A stretch of DNA of 64,000 bases, taken from Kiritimatiellia bacterium (GTDB lineage: Bacteria; Verrucomicrobiota; Kiritimatiellia; RFP12; DVOR01). A model generated the notes under the pieces. The model was given only the letters and a program-made list of their open reading frames with translations. It did not search any database and was not told the DNA's origin. The position numbers and the translations under genes were made by a program. How positions within the stretch are numbered: position 1 is the first letter of the stretch; each line of letters begins with the position of its first letter. The DNA is taken from positions 1,159-65,158 of the forward strand of contig JAFYWN010000023.1 in the NCBI GenBank assembly GCA_017558005.1, in the 5' to 3' direction. Shown here piece by piece: positions 9,031 to 18,902 of the stretch.

Positions 9031-11301
9031 TTACTGACCAGGCGTCCATTCATCCGCGATGGGGCCACGGGCGCCAGGCGTATAGATTGGCCGCGCAGTA
9101 ATGGGGGCCGCGTGATGACTTTCAGATCCATCTCGCGGACCATCTGCCTGCGTGCGAGCAAAACGTTGCGCCACAGGCTTATTGGAACGCGGCGCCTTTG
9201 GCGCATCCGGCTCCTTGCGTTGGCGCTTTTGGCCGTGCGGCTTAAAACGCGGTTCACGTTCGGGACGGACCGACTTCTGAGCCTTCGGCGCGGGCTTTGC
9301 CTTCTGAGGCGCAGGGGCTTTGGGCTGTTCCTCTGCCTTTTCAGCCTTCACTTCGTGTTTTGCCTCGGTGGCTTCTGGCTTCACTTCCACGGGTTCAACC
9401 ACGGGTGCAGCCTCTTCCTTCACCTCGTTTTCAACCGCAGGGGTCTCCACAGGCGCAGGCGTTTCGGCAGGTTCTGCCACCACAGGGGTTGCTTCCACTG
9501 CCACGACGGGCACTTCTTCCTGGGTTACGGGTGCCTCTTCCTGCGCAGGTACTTCTGCAACTTCCGCAGGCGCTTCAGCTACAGGCTGGGCGAGGTCGTC
9601 ATTACGTTCACCACGTTCGTGGCGACGCTGACGCTTTTCACGCGCTTGCAACGGCGGCAATTCAGCATACATCCACTCTTCAGGCATCGAGCACTTGAGC
9701 GGTTCATTGATGTACGCTTCAATATCCGGAATAGCAAAGCTTTCGTTTTCATCTGCGAAGGAAATCGCAGTGCCCGTATTGCCCGCACGGCCCGTACGGC
9801 CGATACGATGGACGTAATCCTCGGGCTCATAGGGGAAGTCGTAGTTCACCACGAAGGCAATGTCATCCACATGAATACCGCGACCTGCGACATCGGTGGC
9901 CACCACCGTACGAATGCTTCCTGCGCGAAAAGCTTCCAAAATCTTCAGACGCTTCACCTGGTTCACATCGCCCGAGAGCATATCGCAGGGAATACCGCGG
10001 CGACGAAGATTTTCGCAAACGCGTTCAGTCGTGAATTTACGGTTGCAGAAGATGATGGTACGAGCACCTGGATACTTCGCCAAGTGGTTATAGAGAAGCG
10101 TAAACTTCTCTTCCGAACGAGCGATATAGACAATCTGACGGACCGTATCGGTGGCCAAACTCTCTGCTTCAATTTCCACGCGCACGGGATCACGCATCCA
10201 CATCGCCGCGAGATTCATCACGGTTTCGTTCAACGTGGCCGAGTACAACATTGTGCAACGGTGATCACGATCAGGCAGACGATTCACAATCGAGCGCACA
10301 TCGGGAATGAAGCCCATGTCCAGCATGCGGTCTGCCTCGTCAATCACGAGCGTATCGACCTGACGCAAATCCACAATGTGATTCCGCACAAAGTCAATCA
10401 AACGACCCGGCGTAGCCACCAATAAATCCACAGGCGCATCTTCAAGTTCGCGACGCTGGCGATTGTAATCCATGCCACCATACACTGCGAGCGAACGCAC
10501 ATCCCCGCAGTAACGACCGAGAGCTTCTGCATCCTTGCAAATCTGAATCACCAATTCACGCGTCGGCGCCAAAATTAATGCGCGTGGTGTGCCAGGCTTC
10601 AAATTACGCTTCTCAGGTGTCCGCAGATAACGCGTCAACACAGCAATCAAAAAGGCGGCAGTCTTACCCGTGCCCGTCTGCGCACGACCCGCCACATTCT
10701 TTCCTGCTAAAGAAAATTCCAACGACTGCGCCTGAATCGGCGTGCAGTACTGAAACTCCAAATCTGCCACTGCATGCAGAATCTCGCTGGGCAGATTAAA
10801 ATCGACAAAGCGTTTCTTGCCCTCAGCTTCAGGCACATCATACGAAGCAGGATCCCACGCTGCGTGTGCCGCGGCGTAGGCCTTCAACTGCTCCTTCGTG
10901 AAAGCACCGCCAGGACGATCCATCCCATCGGGCGTGTGCATCTGCGGTAGACGACGCTCCTTGCGTTCGCCTCCACGCTGATTTCCCTCACGATTCCGAC
11001 GATTTTCCTGACGACGCGACTTCTGCGCACCGCCCTGTTCACCCTCAGTACGAGGCTGATGATCACGGCGACGATGCTGTTCATCACGCGGTTTGCGATG
11101 CTGACGATCACGATTTTCTTCGCGATTCGTCCCACCCTCACCCGGACGCGCCGTACGCGAACGGTTAGGTCCACGGTTATCACGGCGATGATCGCGACGA
11201 CGACCTCCGGAATCCTTTCCGGAAGCCTGCTTTTTTGACGGCTGATCTGCCTTCGGCTTTGAGAATCCGAGGACAGACTTAATTTTTGAAAGAAGACCCA
11301 T
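9031..11301 (-). CDS. rhlB: DEAD-box RNA helicase (RhlB-like) with long disordered termini
   Basis: AQTGTGKT, APTREL, DEADRMLDMGF, SAT, VATDVAGRGIH, YVHRIGRTGRAG; CTPIQAQSL and GRGIH are RhlB-like. Confidence 0.8.
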   Translation of the reverse strand: MGLLSKIKSVLGFSKPKADQPSKKQASGKDSGGRRRDHRRDNRGPNRSRTARPGEGGTNREENRDRQHRKPRDEQHRRRDHQPRTEGEQGGAQKSRRQENRRNREGNQRGGERKERRLPQMHTPDGMDRPGGAFTKEQLKAYAAAHAAWDPASYDVPEAEGKKRFVDFNLPSEILHAVADLEFQYCTPIQAQSLEFSLAGKNVAGRAQTGTGKTAAFLIAVLTRYLRTPEKRNLKPGTPRALILAPTRELVIQICKDAEALGRYCGDVRSLAVYGGMDYNRQRRELEDAPVDLLVATPGRLIDFVRNHIVDLRQVDTLVIDEADRMLDMGFIPDVRSIVNRLPDRDHRCTMLYSATLNETVMNLAAMWMRDPVRVEIEAESLATDTVRQIVYIARSEEKFTLLYNHLAKYPGARTIIFCNRKFTTERVCENLRRRGIPCDMLSGDVNQVKRLKILEAFRAGSIRTVVATDVAGRGIHVDDIAFVVNYDFPYEPEDYVHRIGRTGRAGNTGTAISFADENESFAIPDIEAYINEPLKCSMPEEWMYAELPPLQAREKRQRRHERGERNDDLAQPVAEAPAEVAEVPAQEEAPVTQEEVPVVAVEATPVVAEPAETPAPVETPAVENEVKEEAAPVVEPVEVKPEATEAKHEVKAEKAEEQPKAPAPQKAKPAPKAQKSVRPEREPRFKPHGQKRQRKEPDAPKAPRSNKPVAQRFARTQADGPRDGSESHHAAPITARPIYTPGARGPIADEWTPGQ

Positions 11302-11381
11302 AAGGCGGCGTCCTCCCTATAAAAACGTTGAAATCCAGGCTTAGGCAGCGTCAAGCTCCCCGAAACTCCCAGATTGAGAGC

Positions 11382-11424
11382 GAAAGAAGGGCGGCGTCCT
11401 CTGCAGAAGACGTCCGCCCCCTTC
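11382..11424 (-). terminator. Terminator of rplM-rpsI
   Basis: GC-rich hairpin GAAGGGCGG.../...CCGCCCCCTTC downstream of rpsI. Confidence 0.5.
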
Positions 11425-11461
11425 GGAAATCGTTGCGGGGAAAGACCCCGCACGACAGTAA

Positions 11462-11854
11462 TTAGCGCTTCGAGAACTGGAAGCGAGCACGGGCGCCACG
11501 CTGACCGGGCTTTTTACGTTCCTTCATGCGGGAATCGCGCGTCAAGCAACCGGCCTTCTTGAGCACTTCGCGGTAGCTGGCATCCATCGCGCAGAGAGCG
11601 CGAGAGAGCGCATGACGCATAGCGCCAGCCTGACCAGCGATGCCGCCGCCCTTAGCGGAGACGAGCACGTCATACTTGCCGACCAAATCGGTCATAGCGA
11701 AGGGCTGATTGATGTAAGCGCGGAGCGATTCGCTGGGAATGTAACGTTCCACATCGACGCCATTGACGGTCCACTTACCGCTACCAGCGATCAGACGCAC
11801 GTGAGCGACTGCGGTTTTACGGCGACCGGTACCTTTGGTGAGTTCGTTAGCCAT
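11462..11854 (-). CDS. rpsI: 30S ribosomal protein S9
   Basis: GTGRRKTAVA, GGGIAGQAGA, LTRDSRMKERKKPG, QFSKR. Confidence 0.98.
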   Translation of the reverse strand: MANELTKGTGRRKTAVAHVRLIAGSGKWTVNGVDVERYIPSESLRAYINQPFAMTDLVGKYDVLVSAKGGGIAGQAGAMRHALSRALCAMDASYREVLKKAGCLTRDSRMKERKKPGQRGARARFQFSKR

Positions 11855-11880
11855 TTGTGGTAAATCCTTTCGAAGACTAA

Positions 11881-12315
11881 TCAGATGCTGAGCGTTTCGG
11901 GCTTCTGAGCCGCGTGCGGGTGTTCGGCACCAGCATAGACTTTCAAGCGAGTCATGCGGATGTCGGCGGTGTTATTCTTCGGAAGCATGCCCCACACAGC
12001 GTCAGAGATGAGGCGGGTGGGATTCTTTTCACGGATCACGTTCGCCGGGGTCTTGGAGAGACCGCCACGCCAACCGGTGAAGTCCACATAGAGCTTCTGG
12101 TCATTCTTCTTACCCGTGAGCGCCACTTTCTGTGCGTTGATCACGATCACGAATGCACCGGTGTCCACAGAGGGAGCGAAATCGGCTTTGTCTTTGCCAC
12201 GGAGCACGTTAGCAACCTTAACTGCCAAACGGCCGAGGGGCTTATCTGCTGCATCGACAATGTACCACTTGCGGTTGTCGTTGCTGGGCAACTCAGGAAG
12301 AGTCGTCTTTGTCAT
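11881..12315 (-). CDS. rplM: 50S ribosomal protein L13
   Basis: KWYIVDA, LGRLA, LRGKDK, GMLPKN, HPHAAQKP. Confidence 0.97.
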   Translation of the reverse strand: MTKTTLPELPSNDNRKWYIVDAADKPLGRLAVKVANVLRGKDKADFAPSVDTGAFVIVINAQKVALTGKKNDQKLYVDFTGWRGGLSKTPANVIREKNPTRLISDAVWGMLPKNNTADIRMTRLKVYAGAEHPHAAQKPETLSI

Positions 12316-12561
12316 GTTTTGTACCCTGTCTTTCTTTAACAAGCGGCCCCGCTCAGTACGCCTTCAACGGTCCGGCGTCCGGGAGCCTCATTTGCGCGGA
12401 TTCTGCCGGGACAAAGCATCAGGGAGTTGGTACGTACTTTGTCAATTCCGCACATAAGTCCATATAAAATAACACAAACCGCCACACAAATACAAGCAAA
12501 AAATACCCTCCCCTATAAGAAAAGTACGTAGAAGAGGACCTTTTACCCCATTTAATGCGCA

Positions 12562-13260
12562 TTACTCTTTCGGCAATCGACGACGCGGATGACGAAAATG
12601 CCACCGTTGCGCCTCAGGAATTGAATGCGATGCAGGCAGATGAAATTTAAACCGCATCGCCACCAAACGAATGAGCACCACCAATGCTGAAACAATCCAA
12701 AAACGCCCCAAATAGTCCACACTCGGCACAAATTTCCAAAGCCCAACAAAGACCACCCCGCCCAAAAGTGCCGCCGTAGCATAAAAATCACTGCGCAAAA
12801 CCGCCGGAATACGCATCACCAAAACATCACGAATCACACCGCCGCCCACCGCAGTCATCACCCCACACAGAACCGTTGCCGCGCGTCCACACCCATAAAG
12901 CGCCGCCTTTTCGCATCCAATTGCTGTAAATACGCCGAGCCCCACGGCATCTAAAATCGGAATTACATTCCAGCGCACACTCAAGCGCGGTGCCACAAAA
13001 AATGAAATGGACGCCACCAAGACACAAATCACCAAGTAACGCCCATCCTCAAAGGCCGCCACAGGCGTCGCCCCGATCGTGGCATCACGCATGATTCCTC
13101 CGCCCACACCCACCGCGCAGGCCAAGACACACACGCCCAAAAAGTCCAAATGACGCCGAAACCCTCGCAACGCCCCTGTAATTGCAAAGATTGCCGTACC
13201 AAAAAGGTCCAGCCCAAAAATCACCATCTCTTGATGTTCAGTCAGAAACGAGAGTCCCAT
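12562..13260 (-). CDS. Trimeric intracellular cation channel (TRIC/UPF0126) family protein
   Basis: FAITGA, GVGGGIMRD, DAVGLGVF, TAVGGGVIRDVL...IP, YATAA. Confidence 0.9.
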   Translation of the reverse strand: MGLSFLTEHQEMVIFGLDLFGTAIFAITGALRGFRRHLDFLGVCVLACAVGVGGGIMRDATIGATPVAAFEDGRYLVICVLVASISFFVAPRLSVRWNVIPILDAVGLGVFTAIGCEKAALYGCGRAATVLCGVMTAVGGGVIRDVLVMRIPAVLRSDFYATAALLGGVVFVGLWKFVPSVDYLGRFWIVSALVVLIRLVAMRFKFHLPASHSIPEAQRWHFRHPRRRLPKE

Positions 13261-13440
13261 CGCCACCTCACCTTCCTTTCCACCAATTATAACACGTCCC
13301 CAAACCTCCCCCAAAGACACTTTTCCCGCTTTTCTCCACCCCTATTCACCTGTATCCAAGAAACATAACCCTAAATGCATCCGCCAACCGAGAACGAATT
13401 AGGTGACGACCCTCTTAACCAGTGCCGTCTTCTTCTCACA

Positions 13441-13943
13441 TACACTAAAAGTGTAGCAAAACGGGGACAAGTAGTCAACTCTACCGACCCAGGTAAGCGA
13501 AAATTTTGCGATAAGTAGGCGAAATTTCCACTTGAAAATCGGCGACTTTGGTCACCCAATTTCGCTGACTTTGCTCACCGATTTCGCTGATATTGCTCGC
13601 CAATTTCGCTGATATTGACCCGAAATTGCTTCAGCTTTCCCCCAAAAAGCTGCTACCTGTTGATAACTTTTCTAGCACCTCTACCCCAAATTTTCGCAAG
13701 GAAGCCGCTGTAGCGGAGTTGATTTGCCCCTATTTTTGCTTTATCTCTTTATTTATCAAGGAGTTATGCAGTTTTTGCAAAGTTGAGCAAAAGTGCCTAA
13801 AATCCGCCGACGTGCCAAGAAAAAATCAAAAAACTGCGTCGAAAAAGGTGAATTGTTGATAACTTGTTGATAACTCAAAAAAGTTTTCAACAGGCGAAAT
13901 TTCGCTGAAAAAATGAAAAAAGTGACAAACCTGCGCACGAGAG
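13441..13943. repeat. Origin-like non-coding module, copy A (inverted homolog of 38982-39486)
   Basis: TGTTGATAA at 13658, 13854, 13865; TTTTCAACA at 13884; IHF consensus TATCAAGGAGTTA 13754-13766; 22-bp repeats 13558-13623; 34-bp block identical to copy B. Confidence 0.85.
13450..13478 (-). promoter_or_regulatory. Outward sigma70 promoter at end of module A
   Basis: TTGACT-17 bp-TACACT with TG extension; conserved in copy B. Confidence 0.6.
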
Positions 13944-14037
13944 TTTAAAGGGACAAAAGAGACGGACGAGACGAAAGGGATGAACGGAGAAAAGAAAGAA
14001 AAGGATAAAAAGGATGGAAAGAATGGAAGGGATGATG

Positions 14038-14352
14038 TGGGGGCAACGCCGCCCCCACACCCCGCGGCAGGACTGAGTCCTGCACGCTACGCATCCTAAC
14101 GGATGCTTTTTGGTGCTCACGGAAAAGGAAGGCGAGTCCGTAGGACGAGCACGGGGTGGAGCGTACCACGCTCCCGCGGGTGCAGGGGTGCGACCCCCTG
14201 CCTTGGGGGGCGCGGGGGCGAAGCAGCCCCCACCTCTTCCACATCGTCTTTAGTGCTCCTGCTTTTCTCCGTCTTTACAGGCGAGTCCGTAGGACGAGCA
14301 CGGGGTGGAGCGTACCACGCTCCCGCGGGGCGTGGGGCTGCGCAAGCCCCAC
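14038..14352. repeat. Cluster of GC-rich REP/MITE-like palindromes with an exact 51-bp direct repeat
   Basis: 14130-14180 identical to 14279-14329; hairpins GGGGGCAACGCCGCCCCC, GCAGGACTGAGTCCTGC, GCATCCTAACGGATGC. Confidence 0.75.
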
Positions 14353-14582
14353 ATCATCTCTATCACTTTTATCACTTCCCTTTTTAAGTCTCCCCTCGCC
14401 ATCCTGAAGCATGGGTGATTAGAAGACGGGGAGGATAACGTGGGGCTTGGTACCATTGTAAGCAGGGGCATTTTTCCCTAAGGAGGCGATTAAATTTAGG
14501 TGCAATGGTAGGAGTATTTGTGTTATTATCGTTCTCACGATTGAACTTATTATCAATTTAGAATTGAGTTTTGGAGTTTTTT

Positions 14583-15839
14583 ATGAAACAGATTCCTCGT
14601 TTGTTTACGGCACTTTGCGTTGCGACGCTTGCCTCTGTTACTGCCTTTGCGGCGCCCAACCCGAAGTGGGTCCCTGCACAGTCTGACTTTGTCATCACGA
14701 TTGATGGTCTTGATGTAGCCGATCCTGCTGCAGACCAGGTGTGGAAGGATGCCTATGCAAAGATTGGCATGCCGCAGCAGAGTCCGCTTGAGACGATCAA
14801 GTTGCTTGAAGAAGAATGCCCTGGCATTACCGAAGTCTTCAAGGTGGCCTTTGGTCTCAATGATGATTTTACGGCAACGGATACGAAGTCGCTCACCTTT
14901 GCTTGCACGTTGCAGAAGGAACCTGGCGAGGATGATTTGGATGACACCTCGGCGGTGCTCGTCCTTGAAAATCCAAAGGCAAACCTTGACACCTTGGAAG
15001 CCACACTCCGCAAGACGCTTGATGCGAAGTTGGGAGAAGGGGCACACTTCGTCCGTGAAGGCAAGTGGTTGACCCTCCGTGAAAAGAATGTTGCAGGCAA
15101 GCCTGAAAAGGGCGTGCTGGCAATCTGCCAGATTCCCGAAGGCTATTTGGTGACGCTTCAGCGCACGATGAAGGCCGTGGAGACGATTGGTTCGGACTCC
15201 TTTAAGGCAATTACGGCCGATCATCCCTTGATGAAGGCCTTTACCCCGCGCCCGGACGGCACGCGTTTGGCAACGACTTACCTCTTGAAGGACCTCTCCG
15301 AACTCGCCACGCGCCTTTCTACGCCTGAAACACTTCAGGTTATCAAGGCTCAGCACCCCGCAGTGCTCAAGTCCGATGCTGTAACGGTGACCTCCATCAC
15401 CCGTGGCACCACCACGGACATCGCTTTGACCATCGCCACCGAAGAGCCTACCGCCGCCCAGCAGTTGCAGGAAGTCGTCCTTGGTTACAAGATGATGGCT
15501 CAGATGATGGGTCCTGCCATCCTCGGCAAGCCCGACTCGAAGATTGTCGCCTTCATCTCCAAGATTGCTTGCACGGTTGAGGGCAATAATCTCGTGGTTA
15601 AGGCCCAAATCACCCCCGAGACCTTCATTCCCGTCCTTGAAGAAATCGCAGCGATCCAGGCTCAGCAACAGCAGATGGCCGAAGCGCTTGACCTCGATGA
15701 CGAAGAAGAAGACGAAGCGGAAGAAGATTTGAGCGATGTACCTGCCATGACGAAGGAAGAAGCAGCCGCTATTTTGGATGCTTTGGACAATGACGTGGCA
15801 CCTGCCACGCCTGCCGTTGGTGTACCTGCCACCAAGTAA
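14583..15839 (+). CDS. Exported hypothetical protein with acidic C-terminal tail
   Basis: Sec signal peptide (MKQIPRLFTALCVATLASVTAFA), long ORF, GGAG RBS, terminator after. Confidence 0.75.
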   Translation: MKQIPRLFTALCVATLASVTAFAAPNPKWVPAQSDFVITIDGLDVADPAADQVWKDAYAKIGMPQQSPLETIKLLEEECPGITEVFKVAFGLNDDFTATDTKSLTFACTLQKEPGEDDLDDTSAVLVLENPKANLDTLEATLRKTLDAKLGEGAHFVREGKWLTLREKNVAGKPEKGVLAICQIPEGYLVTLQRTMKAVETIGSDSFKAITADHPLMKAFTPRPDGTRLATTYLLKDLSELATRLSTPETLQVIKAQHPAVLKSDAVTVTSITRGTTTDIALTIATEEPTAAQQLQEVVLGYKMMAQMMGPAILGKPDSKIVAFISKIACTVEGNNLVVKAQITPETFIPVLEEIAAIQAQQQQMAEALDLDDEEEDEAEEDLSDVPAMTKEEAAAILDALDNDVAPATPAVGVPATK

Positions 15840-15861
15840 GGCGATTCACCTTTCTTTTAAC

Positions 15862-15895
15862 GCCCGGTTTTCCTTTAGGTTAGCCGGGCTTTTTC
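15862..15895 (+). terminator. Intrinsic terminator
   Basis: GCCCGGTT/AGCCGGGC + TTTTT. Confidence 0.65.
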
Positions 15896-15921
15896 ATCTG
15901 ATGATGTGCTAAAATACCAAT

Positions 15922-16527
15922 ATGAATGAAATCTTACCGCACGTTTTGGAATTGAAAGAAGACGATAAGGTCTTCGAGCACCCCTTTCTCGCCCCAGGCA
16001 TGCCCCCCATCGAACTTGAGATTGGCTGTGGCAATGGACGCTTTATCGCGGCGCGCGCCACCAAAAATCCTGACCAACCCTACTTGGCAGTGGAGCGCAT
16101 GATGGAGCGTCTGCGTCGGTGCTCACGCAAAGCGCAAAATGGTCCCGAGGGTGAATTAAAGAATCTTGATTTCATTCGCGTGGAAGCAGGACGCTTTGTG
16201 CGCGAGCTTTTGCCCGATCACTGCCTCAAAGCGATGTACCTCTTCTTCCCCGATCCGTGGCCCAAGCGCCGCCACCACAAGAATCGCTTCTTCCAACGTG
16301 AGATGTGCGACACCCTCACCCGCCTCTTCGTTCCTGGCGGCATTATGTACATCTCCACAGACCACGAAGAGTACTTTAAAGAGATGTACAAATATCTCTC
16401 TGAAGACACGCGTTTCAAAGAAATCGCCCCCCTCATCCGTGAAGAAGATGAACAGACCGACTTTGAACGTCTCTTCCTCTCCAAGGGTGACCCCATCTAC
16501 CATTGCGCGTTCCAACTCCAAGACTAA
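15922..16527 (+). CDS. trmB: tRNA (guanine-N7)-methyltransferase
   Basis: LEIGCGNGRF, FFPDPWPKRRHHKNR, STDHEEY, TDFE. Confidence 0.95.
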   Translation: MNEILPHVLELKEDDKVFEHPFLAPGMPPIELEIGCGNGRFIAARATKNPDQPYLAVERMMERLRRCSRKAQNGPEGELKNLDFIRVEAGRFVRELLPDHCLKAMYLFFPDPWPKRRHHKNRFFQREMCDTLTRLFVPGGIMYISTDHEEYFKEMYKYLSEDTRFKEIAPLIREEDEQTDFERLFLSKGDPIYHCAFQLQD

Positions 16528-16544
16528 GCCCAAAGGAGGCCGTC

Positions 16545-17366
16545 ATGCGCGTCGACATCCATACCCACTCATTTCCCGCCCACAAGGCACCCGAAGTGAT
16601 TACTACGCTCGTGCGGAAATCGGCGAGCCGTTGCCCCCTCACCCCTCAAGGCAATGGCACGATGGCCGACCTCATCCGCCAAGAGCGCGAAGACGGCTTT
16701 GATCGTTACGCCATCTGCCCCATTGCGGTGCGCCCAGAACAGTTCAACTACATGACGCGCTTTATGCACGCATTAAGTTCGGGCGCTTGCGGTGAAGAAG
16801 CGAAGGAACGCGTCATCCCCTGTGTCTCGTTGCACCCCGATGACAAAGATGCCGAGTTACACATCCAAACGCTCATTGAACTCGGCGCAAAGATGGTCAA
16901 ACTGCACCCCTACTTCCAGCAAACACGCTTAGATAGCCGCAAGATGATTCGGTTATTGCGCATTATCACGGAAGCGGGGCTCCCCATTCTCTGCCACACA
17001 GGCGGCGACATCTCCTACGATAGCGACCCCATGGCGGCGCCCTTGCAGATTGTCAACGTCTATCGTCGCGTGCCCAATCTGCGCATGATTTGCGCCCACT
17101 GCGCCTCTTGGCGTCACCCTGAAGCCGTGCGCTTCCTCCTCGGTCGCTCCATTTACGTGGATCTCTCCTACCAAAAACAAGGTGGCACCGAACCCACCGT
17201 GCGCGCCTTTGCGGAAAAACATCCGCAGGACTTCGTTCTCTTTGGAAGTGATTGGCCTTGGGGACGCCCTGGTAAACACGCCGCCACGATTGCCTCATGG
17301 GATATCGCGCCCTCGCGTTTAGAGGCAATTATGGGGGGCAATGCGGCACGTTTGCTCAAGCTCTAA
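16545..17366 (+). CDS. Amidohydrolase_2 family metal-dependent hydrolase
   Basis: DIHTH, VKLHPYFQ, CHTG, CAH, LFGSDWPW, GGNAARLL. Confidence 0.85.
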   Translation: MRVDIHTHSFPAHKAPEVITTLVRKSASRCPLTPQGNGTMADLIRQEREDGFDRYAICPIAVRPEQFNYMTRFMHALSSGACGEEAKERVIPCVSLHPDDKDAELHIQTLIELGAKMVKLHPYFQQTRLDSRKMIRLLRIITEAGLPILCHTGGDISYDSDPMAAPLQIVNVYRRVPNLRMICAHCASWRHPEAVRFLLGRSIYVDLSYQKQGGTEPTVRAFAEKHPQDFVLFGSDWPWGRPGKHAATIASWDIAPSRLEAIMGGNAARLLKL

Positions 17367-17496
17367 TCGCCTTTTTGAAGAAAAAGCGCACGACTCCCAA
17401 ACATTAGACTCGTCAAACAGGCCTTCACTTTGTTATAGTTGAACTAATTCGCACGAAGTATGTTCACTTTTGTGCATCAATCCAAGGAGAAAGACC

Positions 17497-17667
17497 ATGG
17501 CTTACAAAATTACTGACAAGTGCGTTGCTTGCGGAACCTGCGCTGGCGAATGCCCCGTTGAAGCAATCGCCGCTGGCGATCCCACCTACACCATCGACCC
17601 CGCTAAGTGCGTGAGCTGCGGCACCTGCGCTGGCGTTTGCCCGATGGAAGCAATCGTCGAAGACTAA
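17497..17667 (+). CDS. Clostridial-type 2[4Fe-4S] ferredoxin
   Basis: CVACGTCAGECP and CVSCGTCAGVCP; AGGAG RBS. Confidence 0.95.
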   Translation: MAYKITDKCVACGTCAGECPVEAIAAGDPTYTIDPAKCVSCGTCAGVCPMEAIVED

Positions 17668-17690
17668 TTCGCTTCGGTGATTCATTGGCG

Positions 17691-17726
17691 ACAGAGATCC
17701 GTTCATTCGGGTCTCTGTTTCTTTTT
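17691..17726 (+). terminator. Intrinsic terminator
   Basis: ACAGAGATCCG/CGGGTCTCTGT + T-run. Confidence 0.7.
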
Positions 17727-17771
17727 ACCCACGCACTATGCTACACTGTCCCTATGAAAGCGTGCACAGAT

Positions 17772-18443
17772 ATGAAGCGAATCCTTGTCCTCGGCGCCAC
17801 CTCTGGCATCGGTAAAGCCTTAGTGGAGCAACTCCGCGCACTCGGTTATGAAGTCATTGCGGCGGGGCGTCGTAAAGCCTTGCTTGACGCCCTCGGAGGA
17901 GAGACACTGGAATTAGATGTCACCGCACCTGATGCCGTAGAAAAGGCGGCCGCCACAGGGGCAGATACGGTTCTCTTTAATGCAGGCTTCGGTGAACGCA
18001 CCCCGATGCCAGATGCGAACCGAACCGACCGCGCGCTACAAGTCAACATACTCGCATTTGAACGTTTTGCGCGCTGGGCACTCACCACGTGCACCTGCTT
18101 TGCCGCGACTGCGAGCATCGCTGGCATTCGGGGGTTGGAAGATACCAATGGTTACTCCGCGTCAAAGGCGTACATGATTAACGCCATGGAAGGCTACCGT
18201 CGAAAGGCTCGCCACGGAAAGCATCCCTGCCGATACGTCACCCTTATGCCAGGTTTTGTAGACACCGCCATGGGACAAGCCTCCACCTTTTGGCGATGCA
18301 GTCCAGAAGTCGCCGCGAAGGTCATCATTCGTGGACTTCTGCGCCGTAAAGCCGTCGTCTACGTTACCCCACGGTGGCGCCTCATCGCCCTCCTCTTACG
18401 CGCCCTTCCGCGTGCCCTCTTTGAACGCATCCCCATCTGCTAA
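17772..18443 (+). CDS. Short-chain dehydrogenase/reductase
   Basis: GATSGIG, NAG, ASIAG, YSASK, PGFVDT. Confidence 0.9.
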   Translation: MKRILVLGATSGIGKALVEQLRALGYEVIAAGRRKALLDALGGETLELDVTAPDAVEKAAATGADTVLFNAGFGERTPMPDANRTDRALQVNILAFERFARWALTTCTCFAATASIAGIRGLEDTNGYSASKAYMINAMEGYRRKARHGKHPCRYVTLMPGFVDTAMGQASTFWRCSPEVAAKVIIRGLLRRKAVVYVTPRWRLIALLLRALPRALFERIPIC

Positions 18444-18566
18444 GCCCGCAGTGCGCACTTCAGCCCTTAATCGGGCAAGAATTTCTCCGCTTACACCGCT
18501 AAAATCCTCCACAACCGTCGCGGGATGTGGCATAATATCTTATTAAAGAGAAAGAATACCATCGCC

Positions 18567-18902
18567 ATGTCTCAAACAGCCCCGCTTTTACACCCAGAGC
18601 TCACTGTTTCCGGTTGTGACACCAACGCATTAGTTGAGGTCTCCAAACAGTTTGCCGAATTTGAATTTGAAGCCCTCTATCGCAACGAGGTCACTGCGGC
18701 TCAAGTCGCCGCCGACAAGGCCGATTGGGCGGCATTGGGCGCCTCAATGGGCATCGTCTATCAATCCCTCTGCGATGGTGAAAATGAAAAGGTGATGGGC
18801 GCATTACACACCATTGAGACCATTCTCATGCGACATGGCGTCCTTGTGCCACGTCCCACCGTTAATCCTGCCACACAGGAGGGTCCAACCGATGGCGAAT
18901 AA
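18567..18902 (+). CDS. Hypothetical protein
   Basis: ORF overlapping the next gene start, upstream TG-CATAAT -10, typical codon usage. Confidence 0.65.
   Translation: MSQTAPLLHPELTVSGCDTNALVEVSKQFAEFEFEALYRNEVTAAQVAADKADWAALGASMGIVYQSLCDGENEKVMGALHTIETILMRHGVLVPRPTVNPATQEGPTDGE

Noticed and set aside
9112-10425. 437-aa plus-strand ORF
   Set aside because: Antisense shadow of the DEAD-box helicase
13593-14471. Short ORFs across module A and the REP cluster
   Set aside because: No RBS, low-complexity translations, explained by non-coding repeats
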